In this document: one piece after another, positions 18,437 through 28,668 of the stretch
Numbering within the stretch: the stretch's first letter is position 1
Layout of the letters: each line of letters begins with the position of its first letter
Origin: an uncultured Candidatus Binatia bacterium
GTDB lineage: Bacteria; Desulfobacterota; Binatia; UBA9968; JAJDTQ01
Length of the DNA stretch: 64,000 bases
Assembly: GCA_965242525.1 (NCBI GenBank)
Contig: OZ251459.1
Coordinates: 3,040,001 to 3,104,000, forward strand
Reading direction: 5' to 3'
The notes under the pieces: model-generated
What the model saw: the letters and a program-made list of their open reading frames with translations, nothing else
Database searches by the model: none
What the model was told of the DNA's origin: nothing
Made by a program: the position numbers and the translations under genes

Positions 18437-19120
18437 GTGTCGGACCCCGACAGACCGGACACCGAAGCCCTTGCCGCGGAGACTGCCGGCGGCCGTAGCG
18501 CCGCAGGGGAGGAAAGCGGGCAGGACGCCCGCGCTCCCGGGAGCCTTGCCGCGGGCCGGACCGATACCGGCGGCGGCCCCAACGCCGCGGTCCAGGAAGC
18601 GAAATGGTGGATCGACACCGGCGCCAAGCAGCTACCCGAAGCCCGTGAGCGAGTCCACCAGGGGGTGGTCGAGCGCTGGGCCTTCGAGCTGCTGAAGGAC
18701 TACCGGCAGGAGCAGGCGCTCCACAACATCGTCGATATCAACGGCCAAGTCCTGCGCGAACTCGGCGCCCGGGAGGAGAAGTGGGTGGATATCTCCCTGG
18801 GCGTGGGCCGGTTCCCCCTCAAGCGCCTCAACTACATCAAGGACTCCCTGCGGATCCCCCGCTACGCGCGCGCCCTGGCCATCGACGCCGGCTACTCGGT
18901 GCGCGTCCTCGTCACCGGCAACCCTCCGGGCCAGAAGGTGCTCGACCTGAACTTCACCGAGGCGCCGTCACTGGACTACTGGGTCGAAGGCGAGCTGGTC
19001 GAGGAGCAGTTGTTCCGTTCGGTCGAAGACGCCCTCAAACGCCTCCGCCACTCGGTCCACCGCTACCTGCGCCGGAACCCCGTGGAGGAAACCCCGAACA
19101 GCTATCCTCGTTCGTCCTGA
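18437..19120 (+). CDS. Hypothetical protein
   Basis: 227 aa ORF with host-like codon usage; no recognised motif. Confidence 0.6.
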   Translation: MSDPDRPDTEALAAETAGGRSAAGEESGQDARAPGSLAAGRTDTGGGPNAAVQEAKWWIDTGAKQLPEARERVHQGVVERWAFELLKDYRQEQALHNIVDINGQVLRELGAREEKWVDISLGVGRFPLKRLNYIKDSLRIPRYARALAIDAGYSVRVLVTGNPPGQKVLDLNFTEAPSLDYWVEGELVEEQLFRSVEDALKRLRHSVHRYLRRNPVEETPNSYPRSS

Positions 19121-19167
19121 GGCGTATGTGCAAGCCGAAGTTTGTACAACGAGAGCGAGGAAACCGG

Positions 19168-19325
19168 ATGGATTCCCGCTTTCGCGGGAATGACGGGATG
19201 GGGCGTGTCGCAACCCACTCGAATTCCTGAAGCGCCTTCCTGAAGAGCCTCGAAATCCTCCCGTTCCCCCTGAGCGAAGCAAAATCCTCCGTTCCCCCTG
19301 AGCGAAGCGAAGTCGAAGGACGCGC
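19168..19325. repeat. REP-like palindromes between convergent genes
   Basis: GGATTCCCGCTTTCGCGGGAATGAC plus partially duplicated CCGTTCCCCCTGAGCGAAGC(GAAGTCGAAGGACGCG). Confidence 0.75.
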
Positions 19326-19380
19326 TTTCCCGCAGGGAGACGGAGTTCGGGCCGGAATCGGGCAGGCGGAGGCCTGCCCG

Positions 19381-20487
19381 TCAGCCCGTGGCGGGACGCC
19401 GGATGGTGCCGGGGGGTTCGTCGAAGGGCACCGACCTGGTGATCTCCAGCCCGTAAGCCGACAGGCCCACGAGGTTCCTGGGGTTGTTGGTGACGAGCCT
19501 GAGCTTGCGAACGCCCAGGTCGCGCAGGATCTGGGCGCCGATGCCGAAGTCCCGGAAGCTCCTCTGGACTCTCGCTTCCTCGGTGCGCAGGCCCTTCCCC
19601 TCCGGCTGGAGGTAGAGCACGACGCCCGCGCCTTCCCTGGCGATCAGCTCCATGGACTGCTTGATGACCGACCCGGTGTCGAAGAACTCGAAGCCGAACA
19701 CGTCGCCGGGGAGGAACTTGGCGCAGACCCGCACCAGGGTCTCGCTGTCCTCGGAGATCTCCCCCTTGATGAGCGCCAAGTGCTCGGAGGAGTCCACATG
19801 GGTGTTATAGACCACCGCGCGGAACTCGCCGCCGTAGCGCGTGGGTAGCCGGGTGGACGCCACCCGGTGGATCAGCGAGTCGTGCTCCAGCCGGTACTGG
19901 ATGAGATCCGCGATGGTGACGATCTTGAGGTCGTACTTCTCGCCGAACTCCTCCAGGTCCGGGAGCCGCGCCATGGTCCCGTCGTCCTTCATGATCTCGC
20001 AGATGACCCCCGCGGGCTTGAGCCCCGCCAGCCTGCAAAGGTCCACGGACCCCTCGGTCTGGCCCGTGCGCACCAGCACGCCCCCGTTCCTGGCCCGCAG
20101 CGGGAAGATGTGCCCCGGGGTGCAGAGGTCCTTGGGACCGGCGTCGTCCGCGATGGCCGCCAGAATGGTTTCGGCCCGGTCGGAAGCCGATATGCCGGTG
20201 GTGACGTTGGCCACCCCGTCGATGGAAACGGTGAACGCGGTGCCGAAAGGAGCGGTGTTGTCCCGGACCATCATGCTGAGGCCGAGTTGGGCGACCTTCT
20301 CCTCTGTGAGCGGCAGGCAGATCAACCCGCGCCCCCACGTGGCCATGAAGTTGATTGCCTCGGGAGTGACCTTTTCCGCGGCCATGGTCAGGTCGCCCTC
20401 GTTCTCCCGGTTCTGGTCGTCCATCAGGATGACCATCCGGCCCTGCCGGATCTCTTCGAGGGCTTCTTCGATGCTGGCTACGGGCAT
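19381..20487 (-). CDS. ribB: 3,4-dihydroxy-2-butanone-4-phosphate synthase fused to a degenerate GTP cyclohydrolase II domain (RibBX-type)
   Basis: DDQNRENEGDL, TAFTVSID, PGHIFPL, RTGQTEGSVDL, CEIMKDDG; C-terminal domain lacks the Zn-binding cysteines. Confidence 0.9.
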   Translation of the reverse strand: MPVASIEEALEEIRQGRMVILMDDQNRENEGDLTMAAEKVTPEAINFMATWGRGLICLPLTEEKVAQLGLSMMVRDNTAPFGTAFTVSIDGVANVTTGISASDRAETILAAIADDAGPKDLCTPGHIFPLRARNGGVLVRTGQTEGSVDLCRLAGLKPAGVICEIMKDDGTMARLPDLEEFGEKYDLKIVTIADLIQYRLEHDSLIHRVASTRLPTRYGGEFRAVVYNTHVDSSEHLALIKGEISEDSETLVRVCAKFLPGDVFGFEFFDTGSVIKQSMELIAREGAGVVLYLQPEGKGLRTEEARVQRSFRDFGIGAQILRDLGVRKLRLVTNNPRNLVGLSAYGLEITRSVPFDEPPGTIRRPATG

Positions 20488-20505
20488 GGGGTCCTGTTCG
20501 GACGC

Positions 20506-21333
20506 TCAGGTGGAGGTTGGCGCCGCGGGATGGGCGCCCGGAGCGCCCAGCCTGTGCGCTTGGCGGGAACCGCCTTCGGTTCCCCGGTCTTCCAGGGCCC
20601 GGTCGATCTCGTCGATGATCCGTTGCGCAGCGTCCCTGGGGTCGGAGGCTTTGGTAACGGGACGACCCACCACGAGGTAATCCGCTCCGAGACGGATCGC
20701 CTCCCGCGGGGTCGTGAGCCTCTTGTGGTCGTCCGCGCCGGCGCCCGCCGGTCTTATGCCGGGACTCACGATGTCGATGGCCGGAAACTCGTCCCGACAA
20801 CTCCCGATGGCCTGTCCGGAGACGATGAGCCCATCGCATCCATGATCCAGCAGCCTCCCGCCGTTGCGGATGATGAAGGCGTCCGGGTCGTCCCGGATGC
20901 CCAGCTCGCGCAGATCGTCGTCGTCGAGGCTCGACAGCAACGGCACCATGAGCAGGCGCGGGTCGCCGCGGTCGCCGCGGGCGGCCCGGGCCGCCTCGAT
21001 GGTCCTGACGGTGATCGACTCGGGGTCCGATTTGACCAAGGTGAGGAACCGGACGTTGAGCTCCATGCAAGATTTCACGAGTTCGGTGATGGTGTTCCCG
21101 ATGTCCCCGGACAACTTCAGGTCCACGAACACCCCGCTGTTGCGGCGCTGCCGGAGCTTGCCCAGGAAACCGAGGATGTCGCCGGACAGGAAGAGCTGGA
21201 GGCCGACCTTGAAGAAAGAGACGTTGGGCAGGTCATCCACCAACCGGAAGGCTTCGTCATGGGTTGACACGTCGAGGGCTACAATGAGGCGATCTTGCCC
21301 CCTCAAGTGCGGGAGACGAGGACTTTCTTGCAT
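20506..21333 (-). CDS. pyrF: Orotidine-5'-phosphate decarboxylase
   Basis: LIVALD, FFKVG, VDLKLSGDIGNT, SPGIRP, GADYLVVGRP. Confidence 0.8.
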   Translation of the reverse strand: MQESPRLPHLRGQDRLIVALDVSTHDEAFRLVDDLPNVSFFKVGLQLFLSGDILGFLGKLRQRRNSGVFVDLKLSGDIGNTITELVKSCMELNVRFLTLVKSDPESITVRTIEAARAARGDRGDPRLLMVPLLSSLDDDDLRELGIRDDPDAFIIRNGGRLLDHGCDGLIVSGQAIGSCRDEFPAIDIVSPGIRPAGAGADDHKRLTTPREAIRLGADYLVVGRPVTKASDPRDAAQRIIDEIDRALEDRGTEGGSRQAHRLGAPGAHPAAPTST

Positions 21334-21441
21334 AGGGAACCCCCGGAAACGGTTGCACGAACGGTCGGAAAGGATTTTGCGCAAGGTATCGGACTGGGAC
21401 CGGCCTGTCAAACGGAGACGCTGCGGAACCGGACTCCTCGG

Positions 21442-23172
21442 TCATGCGGCGCCCTCCGTTTCCCCGATGGCTGCGGCGATGCGCTCCACCGCCTCCTCCA
21501 CCGGGACTTCCACGGTGGTCCCGTCGCTGCGCCGCCGCAGCTCCACGCAACCCCTGGCCAGCCCCTTGGCGCCGACGGTCACCCGCAGCGGGATGCCCAC
21601 CAGGTCGGCGTCCTTGAACTTGACCCCCGGCCGTTCGTCGCGGTCGTCCAGCAGCACCTCGCAGCCGGCTCGGCGCAAGCCGTCGTAGATGCCCTCGGCG
21701 ACCTCCCGCACGGCGTCGTCCTTGTCGCCCAGGGGCAGCAGCAGCACCGGGAACGGCGCGATGGAACCGGGCCAGACGATGCCGTTGGCGTCGTGGTTCT
21801 GCTCGATGGCGGCCGCCATGAGCCGCGTGACCCCGATGCCGTAACAGCCCATCTCCACCACCTGCTCGCGGCCCTGGGAGTCGAGCACCGCGGCGCCCAT
21901 GGCCTGGCTGTACTTGCGCCCCAGGTAGAACACGTGCCCCACCTCGATGCCGCGGTGCTCCTCCATGACGCCGTCCTCGCAACGCGGACACGGGTCCCCG
22001 GCCTCGACCAGGCGCAGGTCGGCGAAGCGGTCCGGGGCGAAGTCCCGGGGCTGGCACACATGGACGGCATGGGCGTCGCGCCGGTTGGCCCCGGTGACCG
22101 CGTCCGACATGCCCCGGACCGCGTGGTCCGCCCACACTTCCAGAGGCAGGCCCATGGGACCCAGGAAGCCGGACGGCGCGCCCGCGGCCTGCTGCACCTC
22201 GTCCTCGTCCGCCAACTCCACCTCGATTGCATCCAGCAGGTTCGCCAGCTTGGTCTCGTTGACCTCGTGGTCGCCGCGCACCAGCACCGCCAGCGGCCGC
22301 CCCGACGGCCTCCGGTAGATCATGGTCTTGATGAACCGCTCCGGCGGAAGCCCGAGGAACTCCGCCACCTGCGGCACGGTCTTGAGGCCCGGGGTGGCGA
22401 CCGTCTCCGCGGGCGGCGCGTCCGCTCCGCCGCCGCTCCCGGCCGCGGCGGGCGCGCGCGACTCCGCCTTCTGCGCGTTGGCCGCGTAGTCGCAGGCGTT
22501 GCACGCGACGAGGGCGTCCTCCCCGGACTCGGCCAGCACCTGGAACTCGTGCGACAGGCTGCCGCCGATGGCCCCGGAGTCGGCTTCCACCGCCCGGAAG
22601 CGGAGGCCGCAGCGCGTGAAGATCCGCCGGTAGGTCTCGTACATGTTCCGGTACTCGCGCTCGCAGTCGGCCCTGTCCAGGTGGAAGCTGTAGGCGTCCT
22701 TCATGATGAACTCGCGCCCCCGCATCAGGCCGAAGCGCGGGCGCACCTCGTCCCGGAACTTGGTCTGGATCTGGTAGAGGTTCATGGGGAGTTCCCGGTA
22801 GGAGCGGACCTCGCGCCGCACCAGGTCGGTGACCACCTCCTCGTGGGTGGGAGCGAGGCAGAAGTCCCGGTCGTGGCGGTCCCGGAAACGCAGCAGCTCC
22901 TTGCCATAGACGCTCCAGCGGCCGCTGTCCCGCCACAGCTCGGCCGGCGACGTGACCGGCATCAGCAACTCCTGCGCCCCCGCCCGGTCCATCTCCTCCC
23001 GCACGATGGCCTCGATCTTCCGCAGGGTGCGGAGCGCCAGCGGCAGGAAGTCATAGACCCCCCGGCTCACCTGCCGGATCATGCCGGCGCGGACCAGGAG
23101 CCGATGGCTCGCCACCTCCGCGTCCGACGGCACTTCCTTGAGTGTAGGTATGAACGTGGTTCGCCAACGCAT
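21442..23172 (-). CDS. proS: Proline--tRNA ligase
   Basis: MRWRTTFIPTLKEVPSDAEVASHRLL, LAPTHEE, QIQTKFRDEVRPRFGLMRGREFIMKDAYSF, GIEVGHVF, MGCYGIG. Confidence 0.97.
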   Translation of the reverse strand: MRWRTTFIPTLKEVPSDAEVASHRLLVRAGMIRQVSRGVYDFLPLALRTLRKIEAIVREEMDRAGAQELLMPVTSPAELWRDSGRWSVYGKELLRFRDRHDRDFCLAPTHEEVVTDLVRREVRSYRELPMNLYQIQTKFRDEVRPRFGLMRGREFIMKDAYSFHLDRADCEREYRNMYETYRRIFTRCGLRFRAVEADSGAIGGSLSHEFQVLAESGEDALVACNACDYAANAQKAESRAPAAAGSGGGADAPPAETVATPGLKTVPQVAEFLGLPPERFIKTMIYRRPSGRPLAVLVRGDHEVNETKLANLLDAIEVELADEDEVQQAAGAPSGFLGPMGLPLEVWADHAVRGMSDAVTGANRRDAHAVHVCQPRDFAPDRFADLRLVEAGDPCPRCEDGVMEEHRGIEVGHVFYLGRKYSQAMGAAVLDSQGREQVVEMGCYGIGVTRLMAAAIEQNHDANGIVWPGSIAPFPVLLLPLGDKDDAVREVAEGIYDGLRRAGCEVLLDDRDERPGVKFKDADLVGIPLRVTVGAKGLARGCVELRRRSDGTTVEVPVEEAVERIAAAIGETEGAA

Positions 23173-23228
23173 TCGATCACTTCTCCGCGCGGACCTCCGG
23201 GCTGCTCCCGGGACCGGCCGTCCGTCTC

Positions 23229-26200
23229 TCAGGGATGCCCCGGCGCGACTCCTTCCGGCGCCGTTGCCCCAAAGCCGAGCACCTTTCTTGCAAGCCCCTT
23301 CAAGTCGTCCAGTATGGCGTACAGGCACGGGGTGAGGACCAGCGTGAGGATGGTGGCGAAGGACAGCCCCCAGACCACGGAGATGGCCATGGGCGAGAGG
23401 AACTTCGCCTGGCCCGTGGAGAAGAAGGCCAGCGGGACCAGGCCGCCCACGGTGGTGATGGTGGTGAGCATCACCGGCCTCAGGCGCAGCACCCCGGCCT
23501 CGATGATGGACTCGTACCGGGACATGCCCTGCTTGCGGCTCCGGTTGATGAAGTCCACCACGATGAGGGAGTCGTTGACCACGACTCCGGCCAGGGTGAT
23601 GAACCCCATGACGGAGAGGAAGCTCATGTTCTCGCCCATGAGGAAATGGCCGATGACCACGCCGTCCATGGCGAACGGGATGGCGGCCATGACGATGAAG
23701 GGCTGTACGAAGGAGCGGAACAGGGATCCCAGCAGGAAGTAGATCACGAACAGGGCGATCAGCGAGATCTGCGGCAAGGCGGCCAGGGACTCCTCCATCT
23801 CCTGCCGTTCGCCCTTGACCACGACCCGCTGGCCGGGATAGCGGTCGCCGACGTTGCCGAACCGCCGCTGCAAGGCGTTGGTGGCCTCCACCACCGTGGT
23901 CTTCCCGGTCTCCACTTCGGCGAAGATGCTCAGGGTCCTCTTGCGGTCGTCGCGGTTCACCTGGCTCGCGCCGATGCCGGTGCGGATGTCCGCCACGTCG
24001 CGCAGGAAGACGCGCTCGCCCGAAGGCAGCGTGAGCTTCATCCGCGACACGGTGTCCACGTCGTTGCGCTTCTCCCCCGGGAACCGGATGACGATGGGCA
24101 CGTCCTCGTCCCCCCGCTGGATGCTCGAAGCCTCCACCCCCTGGAACCCCTGCTGGACCTGGCGCGCGATGGTCCTCAGGTCGAGGCCCAGGGTATGGCT
24201 TTCCGGCTCGAGGCTGATGCGCAGTTCCTCCTTGCCCGCGATGAGGTCGTCGCGGATGTCCCGCACCCCGGGCAGGGTGGCCAGGAACGCCTTTACCTCG
24301 TCCGCCAGCCGCCGCAACTGCGCGGGGTCGTCGCCGGTGACCCGGGCCTCGATGGCCGGTCCGCCCGGCCCCGCCTGGAGGTTCAGGAACTGGAGCTTGG
24401 TAATGCCCGGTATCCGCTCCATGTCCTCGCGCAGGTCGCGGATGATCTCCGCGGACGTCCGGCTGCGGCCCTCCTCGAGCTCCAGCGTCAACTGGGCCAC
24501 GTTGGGGCCCCTCACGCTCTGGTCCACGTCCAGGAAGACCGCGCCCACCGTGGTGGTGAGGGACTTGACCTCTCCCGGAGGGAGGGCCAGGGCGATGTCC
24601 TCGGCCTGCATGGCCACCGCGGCGGTGTCCTCCAGCTTGGCGTTGGCGGATGTCTCGAAATTGACGAAGAACTGGCCCGACTCGAACTCGCGGAAGAGCA
24701 CGAAGGGCAGCCGGTAATGGGCCGCGGCCGCCAGCAGCACGCTCGCCGCCACGATGGCCGTCACCGCCACGTAACGCCAACGGACCGAGACCCCGAGGAA
24801 ACCTTCGTAGCCCCGGCGCAGCCGCGTGAGCCACCGGAACTCGCCGCTCCGCACCCTCTGCGCATAGGCGGGGGTGATGACCTCGGAGAGATGCGAGGGG
24901 AGGATGAACAGGACCTCCAGGAGCGACAGGAGCAGGGCGAAGGAGACCACGAAGGGGAGGGGCCTCAGGAAGACCCCCATGGTCCCCGGCAGCAGCAGGA
25001 ACGGCGCGAAGGCGGCTATGGTGGTGAGCACGGTGGTGACCACCGGCCAGGCCACTTCGCAGGTGCCCTTGACCGCGGCGCTCTTGGCGTCCATGCCCTC
25101 CTGCACGTAGCGATAGACGTTCTCGGTGACGATCACCGCGTCGTCCACGAGCAGGCCCAGCACCAGGATGAGGCCGAAGACGGAGATCATGTTCAGGCTG
25201 ATGCCGTAGAAGGACATGAAGACTAGGCAGCCCAGCATGGAGAAGGGGATGCCCAGGGAGGTGAGCAGGGCGATCCTGCCCCGGACGAAGACGCACAGGG
25301 TCGCGAGCACGAGGCTGAGGCCGATGAGTCCGCTCTGGGCCAGGGTGTTCAGCCGGTTCCGGATGAACACCGAGAAGTCGTTGAACAGGCCGACCACCAC
25401 GGTCTCCGGCAGGGTCGTGCGGATTTCCGCCACCGCCTCCCGGACGCGCCGGGCCACGCTGATGACGTCGCCGTCCCGCTCCTTGATGACCACCAGGTTG
25501 ACCGAGGGCTTGCCGGCGAAGCGGCCCAGGATCGTGGCGTCCTCGAAGGACTCGCGCACGCGGGCGACGTCGCCCACGGTGAGGGCGTGTCCGGTGCCGG
25601 TGGCGCGGAGGATCATGCGCTCCACGTCGGCGACGCCCCGGGCCGCCCCCAGGGTCCGCAGCAGGATCTCGCCCCGGGCGGTCTTGAGCGCGCCCCCGGG
25701 CACGTTCCGGTTCTGGTTGTCGATGGCCGCGCGGACGTCGTCGAGGCTCAGCCGGTACTGGTCGAGCCTTTCCGGGTCGATCTCCACCAGGATCTGTTCC
25801 TGGCGGATCCCCAGGACGTGCACCGCGGCCACCTCGTCGATGCGCCGAAGCCGGTCCCGCAGGTCCTTGGCGATCTCCCGCAGCTCGTGCTCCGGTATGT
25901 CGCCGCTCAGCGAGACGGTGATGACCGGGAACGTGGATTGGACCTCGGTCACGTAGGGGTCTTCGGCTTCGTCGGGCAGGCCGGCCACCCGGTCCAGGGC
26001 GGCGCGCACGTCGCTCAGGGCGCGGCCCATGTCCGTGCCGGACCCCATCCGCAGGCGGATCTCGGACTGGCCCTCGCGGGAAGTGGAAAGCATCTCGGAG
26101 ACGCCGTCCACGCCGTGGACCTCTTCCTCGATCCTGGCGGTGACCAGCTCCTCCACCTCCTCCGGCGAGGCGCCCGGGTAGGCGGTCGCGATCTGTATGG

Positions 26201-26333
26201 CCCGCCGGGAGAAGTCGGGGAACAGTTCCCGGTGGAGGCCGAAGTAGCAGACCGTGCCGGCCACCACCAGGAGCAGCACCAGCAGGTTCACGATGACGGG
26301 GTTCTCGATGGAGAACTCGACCAGCTTCTTCAT
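23229..26333 (-). CDS. RND efflux transporter permease subunit
   Basis: 1034 aa; YPGASPEEVE, GLLVDDAVIVTEN, GVVVNDSLIVVD, RLRPVMLTTITT. Confidence 0.93.
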   Translation of the reverse strand: MKKLVEFSIENPVIVNLLVLLLVVAGTVCYFGLHRELFPDFSRRAIQIATAYPGASPEEVEELVTARIEEEVHGVDGVSEMLSTSREGQSEIRLRMGSGTDMGRALSDVRAALDRVAGLPDEAEDPYVTEVQSTFPVITVSLSGDIPEHELREIAKDLRDRLRRIDEVAAVHVLGIRQEQILVEIDPERLDQYRLSLDDVRAAIDNQNRNVPGGALKTARGEILLRTLGAARGVADVERMILRATGTGHALTVGDVARVRESFEDATILGRFAGKPSVNLVVIKERDGDVISVARRVREAVAEIRTTLPETVVVGLFNDFSVFIRNRLNTLAQSGLIGLSLVLATLCVFVRGRIALLTSLGIPFSMLGCLVFMSFYGISLNMISVFGLILVLGLLVDDAVIVTENVYRYVQEGMDAKSAAVKGTCEVAWPVVTTVLTTIAAFAPFLLLPGTMGVFLRPLPFVVSFALLLSLLEVLFILPSHLSEVITPAYAQRVRSGEFRWLTRLRRGYEGFLGVSVRWRYVAVTAIVAASVLLAAAAHYRLPFVLFREFESGQFFVNFETSANAKLEDTAAVAMQAEDIALALPPGEVKSLTTTVGAVFLDVDQSVRGPNVAQLTLELEEGRSRTSAEIIRDLREDMERIPGITKLQFLNLQAGPGGPAIEARVTGDDPAQLRRLADEVKAFLATLPGVRDIRDDLIAGKEELRISLEPESHTLGLDLRTIARQVQQGFQGVEASSIQRGDEDVPIVIRFPGEKRNDVDTVSRMKLTLPSGERVFLRDVADIRTGIGASQVNRDDRKRTLSIFAEVETGKTTVVEATNALQRRFGNVGDRYPGQRVVVKGERQEMEESLAALPQISLIALFVIYFLLGSLFRSFVQPFIVMAAIPFAMDGVVIGHFLMGENMSFLSVMGFITLAGVVVNDSLIVVDFINRSRKQGMSRYESIIEAGVLRLRPVMLTTITTVGGLVPLAFFSTGQAKFLSPMAISVVWGLSFATILTLVLTPCLYAILDDLKGLARKVLGFGATAPEGVAPGHP

Positions 26334-27583
26334 GTGGACAATCTACGGCGGGTGACGATGCGGATGCGGGCGCCGTCCACCAGCAGGCGCTGTCCCGCGG
26401 TCACGAGGAGTTCCCCGGGCCGAAGCCCCGCCTCGATCATGTAGCGCGGCCCGAACCTCCGGGAGATGGTCACCTCCCGGCGCGCGGCCAGGTTGCGCCG
26501 GGGGTCGGCCACGAAGACGGTGGGCTTGCCGTCCTCGAACAGGACGCTCTCCCGCGGGACCAGGACGGCGTCGGGGTACTCGCCCACCGGGATGGCCGCG
26601 CTTGCGAACATCCCCGGAAGCAGCTTGCGGCCGGGAGGGTTCGCCACGAAGATCTCCACCGGGAACGAGCGGGTCTCCAGGTCGGCCCGGGGACCGATGT
26701 TGGTCACCCGGCCGGCAAACTCCTCCCCCAGCCCGCGCACCCGGACCCTGGCCGCGGCGCGGGCGTCGAGCCGGTGGATGTCCTCTGCGGGGATGCGCAC
26801 TTCGAGCTTCACCGTCTCGATGTCCGCCAGTCGAAAGAGCACCTGCCCCGGGGTGACCCGTTCCCCCAGGGTCACGCTCTTGCGCGTGATGACGCCCGCG
26901 AAGGGGGCGCGGATCCCGGTGTCCTTCAAGGTCGCCTGCGCCTGTTCCCGCTGCACCCGGGCCAGGGCGAGGTCCGCCCTGGCGATGGCGTGGAGGGCTT
27001 TCGTCTCCCGCCGTCCGCTGCGGGCGAACTCCAGCTCTTCCTCGATCCGCCGCCACGCCAACTCCTGCCGCTCGGCTTCCTGGCTGGAGACCAGCCCCTT
27101 CTCCAGGAGTTTCGAGAGCCTCCGGTGTTCCGAGCGCGCCAGCCGCAACTGTTCCCGGTTGAGATGCACCAGCTTGCGCTGTCTTTCGATGTCCACCGCG
27201 GCCTTGGCCACCCTGGCCTCGGCGCTGGCCACCTGGGCCTCGGCCTTCCTCACCGAGATCTCGAAGTCCCTGGCATCGACTTGCGCGAGCAGGTCTCCCG
27301 CCCGGACCACGCTGCCGATGTCACTGTTGGGGTAGATGCGGGCGATGCGGCCGCTGATCTCCGGACTGACCGGGCCTTCCCGCGCCGCGGAGATGGTGCC
27401 CAGGGCTTCGATCCGGTGCACGAAGTCCGCGGCCACCACGGCCGCGGCCTCCACCGGCACCGGCACGGGTTCGGGTTGGGCCGGAGGCGTCTCCTCAACG
27501 TCCTTGGCGACCCAGACGCCGACCGCGGTAACCGCGCTCAGCAGCAGGATGAGCAGTACGGACACGGCGATACGGATCTTCAT
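26330..27583 (-). CDS. RND efflux periplasmic adaptor (membrane fusion protein)
   Basis: N-terminal TM, lipoyl/hairpin pattern, IRAPFAGVI, LLPGMFA; overlaps the permease start. Confidence 0.9.
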   Translation of the reverse strand: MKIRIAVSVLLILLLSAVTAVGVWVAKDVEETPPAQPEPVPVPVEAAAVVAADFVHRIEALGTISAAREGPVSPEISGRIARIYPNSDIGSVVRAGDLLAQVDARDFEISVRKAEAQVASAEARVAKAAVDIERQRKLVHLNREQLRLARSEHRRLSKLLEKGLVSSQEAERQELAWRRIEEELEFARSGRRETKALHAIARADLALARVQREQAQATLKDTGIRAPFAGVITRKSVTLGERVTPGQVLFRLADIETVKLEVRIPAEDIHRLDARAAARVRVRGLGEEFAGRVTNIGPRADLETRSFPVEIFVANPPGRKLLPGMFASAAIPVGEYPDAVLVPRESVLFEDGKPTVFVADPRRNLAARREVTISRRFGPRYMIEAGLRPGELLVTAGQRLLVDGARIRIVTRRRLST

Positions 27584-27779
27584 GCCATGCTCCTCCCGAC
27601 CGTTCGCGCAAGGACTCGCCGCCTTTCCCGGTATCGGGGCCTGCCGCGGACAGGCCCCGGACCCCCGCCGGGACGCGGCCGGACGGAAGCCGGCGCGCGT
27701 CGCCGCGGCCGCCCGGGACGGGCCAACCGCTCCCTGTGAGGCTATAACCGGAACCGGGGCAAGTCAACGGGGAAAAACG

Positions 27780-28622
27780 TCATCCGCGGTGGTCCGCGGG
27801 TTCGGTCCCCGGCGCCTTGCGGTCTCCGTCGGGGACGATCAACAGCCGGCGCAAGGGACCCTGGCCGAGGCTCCGGGTGGTGAGCCAGGGGTCGTCCTTC
27901 AGGGCCATGTGGACGATGCGCCTGTCCGCGGCGTTGAGGGCCTCCATCTCCTGGGTCGTGCGGCTGCGCTTGGCCTTCTCGCCCAGGCGCAGCGCCATGT
28001 CCTCCAGGGTCCTCACGCGCCTCCTGCGGTAGCCTTCCACGTCCACCACCGGCTGGGGCGGGTCCGGCCCCACCCGGTCGGCCACGATGCGGCCCACCAT
28101 GTGCTGGAGGGCCTCCAGGGTCTGGCCCCGCCGGCCGATCAGCAGGGCGCTGCTCTCGCCGCGGATGTCCAGCCGCAACTCCGAGGGGTCGCCGCCCGGC
28201 TCCACCGCCACCTCCGCGCTCATTCCCATGAGGTCGAGTATCCGCGTGAGCGCCTCGACGCTGGTCTTCCGCACCTCGCCGACGCGCTCGGCGGTGGCCG
28301 CGGGCTCCGCTGCCAGGGGCTCCGCCGGGGCGGTCCGCGGTTTCGCCGGCTCTGCCGGCTCCGCTTCGGGCGGCTCATCCGCCATCGTCGCCGCGGGCGC
28401 GGGCGGATCCGCCTCGGCGTCCTGGTCCGCCGGGACGCCGGTGACGGCCTGACGCACCGTGGCGCGGACCCGCGCGTTCTGGCGCCCGAAGCCGAGCAGT
28501 CCCACCTTCTCTTCGGCCAGGACGTCCAGCGACACCTTGTCGCGCTCGACGCCCAGCAGGCTCAGGGCCTTGTGGATGGCTGCATCCAGGGTCTCTCCTT
28601 CCGTCTCCACTTGCTTCATCAC
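27780..28622 (-). CDS. jag: Jag/EloR (KhpB) RNA-binding protein
   Basis: Jag_N, KH motif LIGRRGQTLEALQ, R3H motif DRRIVHMAL. Confidence 0.92.
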   Translation of the reverse strand: MMKQVETEGETLDAAIHKALSLLGVERDKVSLDVLAEEKVGLLGFGRQNARVRATVRQAVTGVPADQDAEADPPAPAATMADEPPEAEPAEPAKPRTAPAEPLAAEPAATAERVGEVRKTSVEALTRILDLMGMSAEVAVEPGGDPSELRLDIRGESSALLIGRRGQTLEALQHMVGRIVADRVGPDPPQPVVDVEGYRRRRVRTLEDMALRLGEKAKRSRTTQEMEALNAADRRIVHMALKDDPWLTTRSLGQGPLRRLLIVPDGDRKAPGTEPADHRG

Positions 28623-28668
28623 GAGCCGCTCCTCTCGGAGGTGGACAGCCTCGGGGACTGCCGCGCCG

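Noticed and set aside
23173-25296. Long N-terminal extension of the proS ORF (1284 aa)
   Set aside because: Alternate-frame overlap with the RND permease; ProS homology begins at ATG 23172.
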